Positions 35,901 to 47,624 are shown, numbered from the stretch's first letter. The stretch is 64,000 bases of DNA from Macrostomum lignano (GCA_002269645.1 NIVC01002278.1:123816-187815), one strand, 5' to 3'. Made by a program: numbers and translations. Notes: generated from the letters alone by a model not told the origin.

Positions 35901-36161
35901 CAGATCCTGGAATGTGCCCAGTGCTCCCGTCACATGGGCTGGCGTTTCTCCGCACAGAGCTCGGACACCCGGCCGGCCGCTTTCTACGGCCTGTGCCGGT
36001 CCTCCGTACAGCCGGATCTGACGGCCAGCCTAGAGGAGGAGCGGGACAACCCGGATGAGGCGCAACTAGCCGAGCTGGAGGCTGGAGCGCGAGTCCAGCT
36101 TCGCAGTGCCGGCCTGGGTGCGGCCGGACCCAGTTTTGCAGATGGCGATGACGCGGACTGA
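32944..36161 (+). CDS. CRBN: Cereblon (LON-N plus CULT domain), 4 exons
   Basis: Exons 32944-33725, 33906-34071, 34565-34909 and 35904-36161 join in phase. Motifs ITFNRQLPREHAYLG, LLPGQLLP, AYVNPGGHVHE, TEHSWFPGYAW and CAQCSRHMGWRF. Confidence 0.95.
34155..34420. repeat. 47-48-bp minisatellite in CRBN intron 2
   Basis: Unit aggctattggaggtcagtgaccccctgagcattaacaggttcctgaat. Confidence 0.93.
35020..35830. repeat. 16-bp minisatellite in CRBN intron 3
   Basis: Unit atagtgagcatttat(c/g). Confidence 0.96.
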
Positions 36162-37339
36162 GCTTCACTATAAGCGCAGTTTAATGTAGTTGTTCTTGGC
36201 AAAGTTGTCTAGTAGCCATGGTCTGATCAATATTGTTATCGATATCGTTCTGTATCTCTGAGTTGGTATTTCCTTCTCTGACAGTTGCGAGGCTTATTAA
36301 TCCGGTTTTGTTCCATCAATCTTTCATCAAATTATCGACTTTTGTACTTTAGATGCTCCTCTGTCATTCAAGTCGTCTCCTTAGCTGTGTGGACAAAACT
36401 ATTTATTGATGTAAATAAATATCATTATTCAACTGCATTCTGTTTTGAGTGATTGCGTGTGAGAATGTATTAGAGCAATGGAAATAATCTAAGATTAGGA
36501 AGACCATAGTGGGTTGTTAACTAAGTTATTATTATAAAATTCAGTAACTAGGAAAAGGGATCGCTAGCCCTGTGGATTAGTGCATATTTGGGGTTGCCCG
36601 TTGAAAACGTCATTGCAAACAATTCACAGATGACTCTAGCGACTCAAATGACTTTAATGCGACTGTTGAGTCACGAGCGCATCACTTGGGTTGCAGAATC
36701 GTAAGAGTCGCAAAAGATTCGTCCCAAGAGTCTCTGTGTTGGCGCTTGGTACAGTAGAAGCGCAATGCGATTCAAATTGATTAAGTGACGCAGGTGCGCT
36801 TTAGACGCAACTCTGATTCTTTAGCGACTCCAGCACGCCTCAGATGCCACTCTACTGCCCCAGAGTTGCAGATAATAAAACGCCTCAAATTGGCTCATGC
36901 GACTCCTATGACGACTTCGAAGACTAGTGGCATTGTCGTTTAAAGAGTCGTCTAGAGCCACTTCTTTCCTATTTTACCTGTGTTACCTGCAACGACTCTG
37001 GGGCGACGCAAGTGACTCTGAGACGCTTCTTGACTTAGGTACCGTTTTCATCGGGTTAGCATTGCAAGTTAAGCAGAGTTGACCGCGGTTAGTATGCAGC
37101 TAGCTATCTGATAAATCGAGCTTGCGTCATCCACAAAGCAGCCATAGCTACCTCCGATCAGCTTTCGGCAATGGCTTGACCCCTTCGTGGCCTGGCCGCC
37201 GACCGGGACTCCATGGAGGATGACACCTATGCCAAGCGCTGGAGTAGCTCTCGGGATGATGCTTGGATAGTTGGACTGGTTTCCTCCTCAGTCAGACGTA
37301 ATTCTGAGTCTCCTCTTATCCATTTACTCTCTGGACATA

Positions 37340-37530
37340 GCAGCTCAGCGGTAAACGCGTCTGAAGCTCACATTACCGGCCCGGGTTCGAATCCGTACGC
37401 GGGCACATTTATTTGGAGCTTGTGCATCGGTGAGGGCCAACTCCTAAGGCACATAGAGTGTACATTCTTGACAATTAGAAATTCAACAAGGGCTGCTTTA
37501 CACCCCCTGTGTGAGCCGTGTGTGAGTGCT
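37340..37530 (+). mobile_element. tRNA-derived SINE, family A, copy 2
   Basis: gcagctcagcggtaaacgcgtctga is identical to the head of the copy at 3926; B box ggttcgaatcc at 37384; homologous tail. Confidence 0.7.
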
Positions 37531-37639
37531 CAGGAGTCTGCGAAATAAATAGAATCGCCCCATAGCCTTGGGCCAGGTTGTCCACAACGCTCCCGTGTAT
37601 AGAATGGCCTAATCAAAACCAAACTGAAACTCTCCTCAG

Positions 37640-39189
37640 CGACCTGTTAGTATTCGAGTTCTGCAGTTCAGCTCTCAGGCGGCGTCTGCGGCGGCTGCTG
37701 CCTCGGCGGCGCCGGGCTCGCATTCGCCCGTGCTGGCGGACGCTGTCACCGAGCTGCTGGTTGGCGCCTGCCAAGGAACTCGCCGCCCCGGCAGCCGGAT
37801 TCTGCTGCTCGACGCCACATTTGGCGCCGGCGGTCACACCCGACGACTGTTAAGAGGGGCGTCCGAAGCGTCGACGCCGATCACAGTGTACGCCAACGAT
37901 CGCGATCCTGCCGCCTACCGGCTTGCCGGACAGCTGTCCGAGTCTTTGCCGCCCGGCTCCGACTCCGCCTCGGTGGTGCCGCTGTTGGGGAAATTCTCCC
38001 AGCTGGCCGAGCACGCTGAGCTGACGGGCGTTGAGGGCATCGATGGCGCCCTGTTTGACCTGGGCCTGTGCTCAGCACAGCTGGATGAGGCAAGGCGCGG
38101 CTTCGCCCTGTCAGCTGACGGGCCGCTCGACATGCGCATGGGCGGCCCGGCCGAGGCCGACTCGCCAACCGCCGCCGATCTCGTCAACGGGCTGGAGACC
38201 GGCGACCTCGCCGCTCTGTTTCGCGCCTACGGCGAAGAGTCAATGGCGCGCCGGCTGGCCCGGGCCGTGGTTGAGCGGCGCAGCGGGCCGCGCGGACCTC
38301 TGCGCACGACGAAACAGCTGGCCGATTGCCTGGCGGACGCTGTGGGCAGCGCGCGTCGGAAAGACAGCTTGGGCCGCAGTGCGCACCCGGCGACGCGAGT
38401 GTTTCAGGTGAGAGGAAACAGATAGTCAAGCCTGATGTTTTGTACCTTTGCTAAGCGTTGTTCTGATACATATCGGCTATTAGTTGATCCGTTTAAAAAT
38501 GATTAGTATGGTGAACATGTTTTTTGTTATCATGTCGGTCTGAAAGGACGGTCTAAATAATTAGACAGAGTTTTCTGTACTTCGATACATATCGGCAAGC
38601 AAAGAATTTGTTTTAAAAATATTCTTAAGTAGTATAAATATATTTTTTGTAAAATTTTGTTCAAGTATATATATTCGTCTAAATTACTATTCTAGGTGCC
38701 TTCAATAGTTTCAATACGCATCGGACATAAATCATTTAAATAGTGTCAGTAGTATAAATGGAGTTTATTGTCATAATATATAAATATGAAAAATAAAAAC
38801 CACAATCGCAGGCGCTGCGGATCGCGGTGAACAACGAATTTATTGAGCTTCTCAGCGGGCTCCAGCTGGCCAGACAGCTGCTCAAGCCCGGCGCGCCTTG
38901 CCTGGTGCTGTCCTTCCACTCGCTTGAGGATCGCCTGGTCAAGCGCGTCTTCGCCAACCGGTCGCTGGACGACCTCTGCTGTCCGGCCGCCTGGGCCGAC
39001 GCTTTCAAGCGGCAACGATCGCCGCAGTCGCTCCACGCCAAGCCGCCGCCGCCGCTGCAGCCGCAGCTCTGGCAGCTGGTGCGGTTCGATTCGAATCGGG
39101 GCGAAGATTACCTGATGGCCGGGCCGGCCGAGGTGGCCGAGAATCCTCGGGCCCGTTCGGCTCGGCTGCGAGTCGGACTGAAACTGTGA
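37640..39189 (+). CDS. METTL15: Mitochondrial 12S rRNA m4C methyltransferase (RsmH/MraW family); start codon not in this exon
   Basis: Exons about 37640-38407 and 38812-39189 join as HPATRVFQ|ALRIAVN. Motifs HSPVL, DATFGAGGH, FDLGLCSAQLD, GPLDMRM, SFHSLEDRLVK and NPRARSARLR. Confidence 0.92.
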
Positions 39190-39696
39190 CAGCGCTTTTT
39201 TCAGAGACAATTTTTAATTGCGCCGTTGCTGTATCTTGTTTTAAAACATTGCTCATTTTGTTATAGTGTCTCAGTAATTTCCGGGTTTACACTCTTCTGA
39301 AGTTAGTGGTGCAGAGGTCGGCAAACTCCGGCCGGCGAAGCCTCTCAAGAGGAAGGCCTGCTCAAGGTTTGCGTCTGCTCAGCTCTCTTCTCTCTAATCT
39401 CCTTTCATCTCTCTCCTCTCCTTTCCTTTCATCTGAAATGTGAAACTTACGGAATATAAACTTTAGCGAATGTGAAATTCTGATATTTTATCAGCTGGTC
39501 TATCCGGCGCAGCCGGCCATCTGTAAACATTCTGTGTAAACATCATTTTCAAGCTAGTTTTCAGTGCTTATATTGGGTAGCAGTTACTGGTGTGTTTGAA
39601 AACCGTCATCACTACGCAACACACGTGCTGGTTGAATTAGCCAGTTTTGAAGTTGTAGCGATGCGTAATATACTCGGCATTCTTCATTAAGCAATC

Positions 39697-40130
39697 CCTG
39701 TCAAATAACTTGCAACAAGTTGACTAACTTGTAGCCTAGTGGCTAGAGCGTTAGACTTACGACTTGAAGGTCGGGGGTTCGATTCCCTATCCCACTGGGA
39801 ACAATTTGTGTCCTTGAGCCTGTCAAATAACTTGCAACAAGTTAACTAACTTGTAGCCTAGTGGCTAGAGCGTTCGACTCACGACTTGAAGGTCGGGGGT
39901 TCGATTCCCCATCCCACTGGGAACAGTTTGTGTCCTTGAGCAAGACACTTAACTCTGCATTGCTTCAGTTCACCCAGCTGTAAAGTTAGGGTGTGTGTGT
40001 GTGTGGCGACCCCCCAGTCCTTGGACTGAACAGCCGTACGCAGCCTTCAGATGCGCCGCGCAATAGCTGCGGCTGAGCTGTCGGTTGCAATCTGGCCATT
40101 AGGACAGGTGTCATCAATTAATTAAGCAAT
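39697..40130 (+). mobile_element. tRNA-derived CORE-type SINE with a tandemly duplicated 122-bp head
   Basis: Two A/B-box heads (tagcctagtggctagagcg...ggttcgattccc). tgtgtccttgagcaagacacttaactctgcattgcttcagttcacccagctgtaaa at about 39927-39985 resembles the MIR/CORE domain. Confidence 0.7.
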
Positions 40131-40814
40131 AAACTCACACAATCTCGAATGCATTTCCAATTCAATTCAATTATTATTAATGCTGCTAATTAGCCTTTCT
40201 GTGCCTACGACTTTGTTTGTTATTATATTGTAACAGATAAAGTTCAGAAAAAAACAGCATTTGAAGTTTGATAGCTAATGTAAATAATGAAGCCAACCGC
40301 TCTAAGAGGAGCCTGCACCGCCTACATGTGCAATGATTTACCAGTTCACACACTACGCAGCACCAGCTTCACTGCAAGGCTGACTGGGTAATTTACAGAA
40401 GTTATATATTATTTCATCATCTTGCTGTTGTGTGTGTGTGCCCAATATCCGTACATGTATTAGCTAAATGTACATGCGGTGCGTGTGTCTGTCTATAGCT
40501 GCCTGTCTATATAAACTGTGTCAAATTAGAACTGTACTGTGCTGACTTCTCTGTCAGTCTCTCAGGCTGGTGAATTCTGTTCCTCACTGCGCGGATTGCA
40601 TATACCGAGGTAGCTGGCTGCAGAACTGCCGAAGGAATTCAGTGCACAATACTGCAACTGTGTCACTTACTGTCTTGGACTCAAGGTTGAAATCGATTGA
40701 ATGCATTGTGCTAGTGCTCACGTGTTTATGTGCTAGCTTACTGGATTTGGAGTTTTAGACATGTACATGCTCTCGTGTACATGTGCATGCCAATGCGTTT
40801 CAAAATGTACAGCT

Positions 40815-43143
40815 TGATAGATTGAGAGCTACATTACAGTGCAAAACATGGTAGATTGAGAGCTAAATTACAGTGTACAACATGGTAGATTGAGAGCTAA
40901 ATTACAGTGTACAACATGGTAGATTCGGAGCTACATTACAGTGTACAACATGGTAGATTGAGAGCTACATTACAGTGTACAACTTTGTAGATTCAGAGCT
41001 ACATTACAGTGTACAACTTTGTAGATTCAGAGCTACATTACAGTGTACAACTTTGTAAATTTAGGGCTACATTAGTGTACAACTTGGTAGATTCAGAGCT
41101 ACATTACAGTGCACAACATGGTAGATTGAGAGCTAAATTACAGTGTACAACATGGTAGATTCGGAGCTACATTACAGTGTACAACATGGTAGATTGAGAG
41201 CTACATTACAGTGTACAACTTTGTAGATTCAGAGCTACATTACAGTGTACAACTTGGTAGATTCAGAGCTACATTACAGTGTTCAACTTGGTATATTCAG
41301 AGCTACATTACAGTGTACAACATGGTAGATTGAGAGCTACATTACAGTGCACAACATGGTAGATTGAGAGCTAAATTACAGTGTACAACATGGTAGATTC
41401 GGAGCTACATTAGTGTACAACATGGTAGATTGAGAGCTACATTACAGTGTACAACTTTGTAGATTCAGAGCTACATTACAGTGTACAACTTTGTAGATTC
41501 AGAGCTACATTACAGTGTACAACTTTGTAAATTTAGGGCTACATTAGTGTACAACTTGGTAGATTCAGAGCTACATTACAGTGTACAACTTGGTAGATTC
41601 AGAGCTACATTACAGTGTTCAACTTGGTATATTCAGAGCTACATTAGTGTACAACATGGTAGATTCAGAGCTACATTACAGTGTTCAACTTGGTAGATAG
41701 AGAGCTACATTACAGTGCACAACATGGTAGATTGAGAGCTACATTACAGTGTACAACATTGTAGATTCGGAGCTACATTACAGTGTACAACTTGGTAGAT
41801 TGAGAGCTACATTAGTGCACAACTTGGTAGATTGAGAGCTACATTACAGTGTACAACATGGTAGATTGAGAGCTACATTACAGTGCACAACATGGTAGAT
41901 TCAGAGCTACATTACAGTGTACAACATGGTAGATAGAGAGCTACATTACAGTGCACAACATGGTAGATTGAGAGCTACATTACAGTGTACAACATTGTAG
42001 ATTCGGAGCTACATTACAGTGTACAACTTGGTAGATTGAGAGCTACATTAGTGCACAACTTGGTAGATTGAGAGCTACATTACAGTGTACAACATGGTAG
42101 ATTGAGAGCTACATTACAGTGTACAACATGGTAGATTGAGAGCTACATTACAGTGTACAACATGGTAGATTGAGAGCTACATTACAGTGTACAACATGGT
42201 AGATTGAGAGCTACATTACAGTGCACAACATGGTAGATTGAGAGCTACATTACAGTGTAAAACATGGTAGATTGAGAGCTACATTACAGTGTAAAACATG
42301 GTAGATTGAGAGCTAAATTACAGTGTACAACATGGTAGATTGAGAGCTACATTACAGTGTACAACATGGTAGATTGAGAGCTACATGTACATTACAGTGT
42401 ACAACTTGGTAGATTGAGAGCTACATTACAGTGTACAACATGGTAGATTGAGAGCTAAATTACAGTGTACAACATGGTAGATTGAGAGCTACATTACAGT
42501 GCACAACTTGGTAGATTCAGAGCTACATTACAGTGCACAACTTGGTAGATTCAGAGCTACATTACAGTGTACAACTTGGTAGATTGAGAGCTACATTACA
42601 GTGTACAACTTGGTAGATTGAGAGCTACATTACAGTGTACAACATGGTAGATTGAGAGCTACATTAGTGCACAACTTGGTAGATTCAGAGCTACATTACA
42701 GTGTACAACATGGTAGATTGAGAGCTACATTACAGTGTACAACTTGGTAGATTGAGAGCTACATTACAGTGTACAACATGGTAGATTGAGAGCTACATTA
42801 GTGCACAACTTGGTAGATTGAGAGCTACATTACAGTGTACAACATGGTAGATTGAGAGCTAAATTACAGTGCACAACTTGGTAGATTGAGAGCTACATTA
42901 CAGTGCACAACTTGGTAGATTCAGAGCTAAATTACAGTGCACAACATGGTAGATTGAGAGCTACATTACAGTGTACACATTGGTAGATTGAGAGCTAAAT
43001 TACAGTGTACAACATGGTAAATTCAGAGCTACATTACAGTGTACAACATGGTAAATTCAGAGCTACATTACAGTGTACACATTGGTAGATTGAAAGCTAC
43101 ATTACAGTGCACACCTTGGTAGATTGAGAGCTAACATTACAGT
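40815..43143. repeat. 34-bp minisatellite, about 68 copies
   Basis: Unit ggtagattgagagctacattacagtgtacaacat, with 31-bp deletion variants. Confidence 0.97.
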
Positions 43144-43187
43144 GTTTATCAGCTATTCAAACATGGCATATCTGAATGCAGGGACCA

Positions 43188-46100
43188 ATGTCCAAGGCTC
43201 GTCAGGACCTGGAAGACCGGGTTACCTGCCCTGTATGCCTGGAGCACTTTGTCGATCCGCGCCACCTGAGCCAGTGCAATCACACGGTGTGTCTGCGCTG
43301 CTACGCCCGAATGCTGGCCGGCGTACCGGAGGGTGTCCGGTGTCCGCTGGGCTGTCCGGGTGTCTGCGACAAGCGGCCAGAAGATTTGGCACCGAATCGT
43401 ACCATGTTGGATCTGCTGGAGCAGGTGACATGCGCGGTTTCTCAATCGAGTCAAAGTGTTGTTACAGGCGCTCAAATTCCACACAACTGACTAGACATTT
43501 AACGACAGGGACTGGCCCCCAACAAAAGGGAATTTTAATTCAACAACAAGGACTGGACATTCAACAACAGGGACTGGCCCCCAACAACAGGGACTGGATA
43601 TTCAACAACAGGGACTGGACATTCAGCAACAGGGACTGGATATTCAACAACAGGGACTGGATATTCAACAACAGGGACAGTTAATTCAACAACAGGGACA
43701 GGATATTCAACAACAGGGACTGGACATTCAACAACAGGGACTGGCCCCCAACAACAGGGACTGGATATTCAACAACAGGGACTGGACATTCAGCACCAAG
43801 GACTGGATATTCAACAACAGGGACTGGACATTGAACAACAGGGACTGGACACCAAACAACAGCGACTGGCCCCCAACAACAGGGACTGGATATTCAACAA
43901 CAGGGACTAGACATTCAACAACAGGGACTGGCCCCCAACAACAGGGACTGGATATTCAACAACAGGGACTGGACATTCAGCACCAGGGACTGGACATTCA
44001 ACAACAGGGACTGGACATTGAACAACAGGGACTGGACACCAAACAACAGCGACTGGACACCAAACAACAGGGACTGGACATTCAGCACCAGGGACTGGAC
44101 ATTGAACAACAGGAACTGGACATTCAACAACAGGGACTGGACAGTCAACAACAGGGACTGGACAGTCAACAACAGGGACTGGACAGTCAACAACAGGCAC
44201 TGTTGGTTTAACAACAATTTTCACACACCTTAAATCCTCAGGCGAACCGCGCCCACTTGCTTGCCGTGGCGCGGCCGAACGGCGCCGCCTGCCAGCGCAG
44301 CGGCTGCTCCCGCGCCAGCCACGGTCGTTGCGAGCACTGCGACGCCGATTTGTGCAGTCGGCACCTGCTCGAAGACGCCTATCTCTATGGCAACGCTTGC
44401 GAGTCACTCTGCCAGACGACGCGCCGCCTCGCTGACGAGGCCGAAGCCGCCTGGCGTCGAATGCTGGCCGGACAGGAGGCTCGGCGCGGCCGTCTATCCG
44501 AGCTGCAGGTCAGTTCATCAGTGCGCGTGCACTTATGGTCTGTGCCAAAGGTGTTGACAAGCCCCGAATATGCTCGTACTCTTGTTGCGTCTTGGCGCAT
44601 CCATTGCGTCTTGACGTGCTCTAGTATCCAACTGTACTAGTGTGCCTCTTTGTGTCTCAAATGGGCTTTGAGTGCGTCTTATCGCGTCCTAGTATCTGCT
44701 TCTGTGCCAAGAATCAATGCAAACCTCACTTTTGCTGAGTGAATCTCTTAACTGCATTGATATTCTCTGTCTCCTTAAAACCCCGGATGTTTTGGCCCCC
44801 GGATTTTTCCCCGGATGTTTTGGCCCCCAGATGTTTTCCCCCTGATGTTTTGCAACCTCCCGGATGTTTTGCCCTGGATGTTTTGGCCCCCGGATGTTTT
44901 TTCCCGGGTGTTTTGCCCCCCCCTGGATGTTTTTCCCCCTGATGCTTTGCACCCTCCCGGATGTTTTGCCCCCCCCCCAAGATGTTTTGCCCCCCGGATG
45001 TTTTGCCCCCCCCCCAAGATGTTTTGCCCCCCGGATGTTTTGCCTCCCCCAAGATGTTTTGCCCCGGATGTTTTGCCTGCCGGATGTTTTGCCTGCCGGA
45101 TGTTTTGCCTGCCGGATGTTTTGCCTGCCGGATGTTTTGCCTGCCGGATGTTTTGCCTGCCGGATGTTTTGCCTGCCGGATGTTTTGCCTGCCGGATGTT
45201 TTGCCTGCCGGATGTTTTGCCTGCCGGATGTTTTGCCTGCCGGATGTTTTGCCTGCCGGATGTTTTGCCTGCCGGATGTTTTGCCTGCCGGATGTTTTGC
45301 CCGTTGGACGTTTGCCCTGTCTGATTTTTTCCTATTAGCCTAGCCTTCACTTCTCTTCTTTAATACGCGACAAGAGCTGTTATTATTAAATAATCTGATA
45401 TTCCGCGGACCGCCAGACCGCCTGTCGCGAGCTGCTCACTCTTGCACGGGACGCCGACGCCGCGGCGGAAGGTCGCGCCAAATCTGCGCTCTCAGCGGCG
45501 CAATCCGAGGCCGACCGGCGCCGCGAGGCCCGCAGCCTGGCCGACCAGCTGGAGCGGGAGACGGCCGAGGGCAACACGGCCGAGATGCGCCGGCTGGCCG
45601 AGCGGCTCCAGCCGCTGCTCGACCGCCTGCGGACGCGTCGACTGGCCGGCGAAGCCGACGCTCGCGCCGAGGCGGCCACGTCGGAAGCGCTTGAGCGTCT
45701 TGGTGAGGCCTGCGCAGAGCTTCGACGCTTAGCAGCTCCGCTGGCGCGTCGGCTGAGCAGTTGCGATGCTGCCGGAGGCGCCTGCGGCGGCGGCGGAGGC
45801 GGCGGAGCAGCCGGCGGCGATGCTGGAGTTCGCTGGCCCCCTAAGAAGATTTTTCACTACCGCTGCACTGACGCTGCGGTTGTGGTGCACTCGGGCCGCG
45901 GCCTGGTGTGCCGCCCCGGCCTTGCCGGCATTCGAATAGCGACAGAGATGGAGCTGACGGACGGCCAGGGCGGCGACTCTGGATGGGAGCCGCTTCCGTC
46001 GCCTGTTGTCTACCTGCTGGCCCAGGGTGGCTCGGTCATCAAGGTGGCTATGGGGATCGATGGGGATGTTGGGATCACGGCCGGCTGTGGGGATCGATAG

Positions 46101-47333
46101 GGATGTTGGGATCAAGGCGAATGCGGGGATGGATAGGGATGTTGGGATCAAGGTGGCTGTTAGGATCGATGGGGATGTAGGGATCAAGGCGAATGCGGGG
46201 ATCGATATGAATGTTGGGATCAAGGCGGCTGTTAGGATCGATGGGGATGTAGGGATCAAGGCGGATTCGGAGATCGATTGGGGATGTTGGGATCAAGGTG
46301 GCTGGAGGATGTGCACGGGGCTTCGAATGGTTCTCAGCTTTTTACATGTGCTTATTCCACTTACCAGGTCCTCAGCTGCTCGGGCCGAAGCCTGACTTCA
46401 CTGCAGTTGGACTCTTCTTCATCGGCGGTAGCTGACGCTGCGATCGCTTCAACCACTGTGGGCAGCCTGACCTGCCTGCTGTACATCGGCGGTCCCGACC
46501 AGCTGCTGGCCGCGGCCGATGGAGGTCGAGTTTACCTGGCCGACTTGGCCGGCCGCCTGCGGCACGCCATCGCCGATGTCGGGAGGCCGTCTGGACTCTG
46601 CGCCGATGCCAGTCGGCGCCGGCTGTTCGTTGCCGACTCCGATCGGCGTAGCATCGCCGTGCTGTCGCTGGAGACTCGCGTCCACCAGATCGTCATTGAT
46701 GTTGTGCCCTTCGCGCAGTCGCTTGGGGCATCGGCATTCTTGATGGTCGACTGTTTCTAGCTGACACAGTTGGCGGACAGGTGCTGACTGACTGACTGAC
46801 TGACTGACTGACTGACTGACTGACTGACTGACTGACTGACTGACTGACTGACTGACTGACTGACTGACTGACTGACTGACTGACTGACTGACTGACTGAC
46901 TGACTGACTGACTGACTGACTGACTGACTGACTGACTGACTGACTGACTGACTGACTGACTGACTGACTGACTGACTGACTAACTAACTAACTAACTAAC
47001 TAACTAACCGCTGTACACCCTCAGGTGGTGGTCCTGGACGCGGACACGGGGCTGCGTCAGCTGGAATTCCGAGTGGACTCGCCCAGCTGGCTGACGGCGG
47101 ACGCAGCCGCAGGCGTGCTCTACGCGGTGACCAGCGGAGGCCAGCGCATCCAGGCGCACTGCTCAGACGACGGTCGTCTAATTGCCAGCGTTGGCGTCGC
47201 CGGGAGCAACGGCCGGCGCCCTGGCGAGTTTCGCGACCTCGGCGGCCTGGCCGTGTGCGCGGGCTGTGGCGAGTTGCTGGCCTGCGATCGGGGCAACGGC
47301 CGAGTGCAGGTGTTCTCGCTGCTGCCCACTTGA
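43188..47333 (+). CDS. TRIM-NHL-like E3 ligase (RING, B-box, coiled coil, NHL/beta-propeller) with one apparent frameshift
   Basis: Exons: 43188-43424 (RING CPVC...CNHTVCLRC...CP), 44242-44508 (B-box-like CQRSGC..CEHC....CSRH), 45417-46043, 46368-46780 and 47025-47333 (NHL-like LLACDRGNGRVQVF). Junctions are phase 0; exon 4 needs +1 nt at 46725-46728. Confidence 0.8.
43500..44200. repeat. 21-bp minisatellite in TRIM intron 1
   Basis: Unit caacaacagggactggacatt. Confidence 0.95.
44775..45320. repeat. 14-16-bp ggatgttttgcc repeat in TRIM intron 2
   Basis: Homogeneous 16-bp gccggatgttttgcct block from about 45065; degenerate units upstream. Confidence 0.93.
46044..46305. repeat. 36-bp minisatellite in TRIM intron 3
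   Basis: Unit gatcgatggggatgttgggatcaaggtggctgttag. Confidence 0.9.
46783..47008. repeat. (CTGA)n then (CTAA)n microsatellite in TRIM intron 4
   Basis: Directly visible. Confidence 0.98.
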
Positions 47334-47624
47334 GTGCCAAGACGCATGCAGTTAGCTGCCAAGGACCACTGGCACAGGTCGTTATACTCGTATATCTAGA
47401 TAGCTTACTGTTTCACACCCAAGTGTAGCTACTCGTAGTTACTACATGTATGTCAGGAGAAACAGCTTCACAGTATCTGATTGAGTTGCTCCCCCGTACG
47501 CTATGCTTTCATACCGTGCATATGTCAACAAGTAGGGAAATACAGTACGAATTTATTAGATGTACTGAGTCAGAATCTAGATTAGATTAGGATAGGACCT
47601 GGCGCAAAGTTGTTGATGTGACAA

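Noticed and set aside
37640-39189. Bacterial rsmH contamination or recent horizontal transfer
   Set aside because: Has a GT-AG intron at 38408-38811 and sits among eukaryotic genes; consistent with nuclear METTL15.
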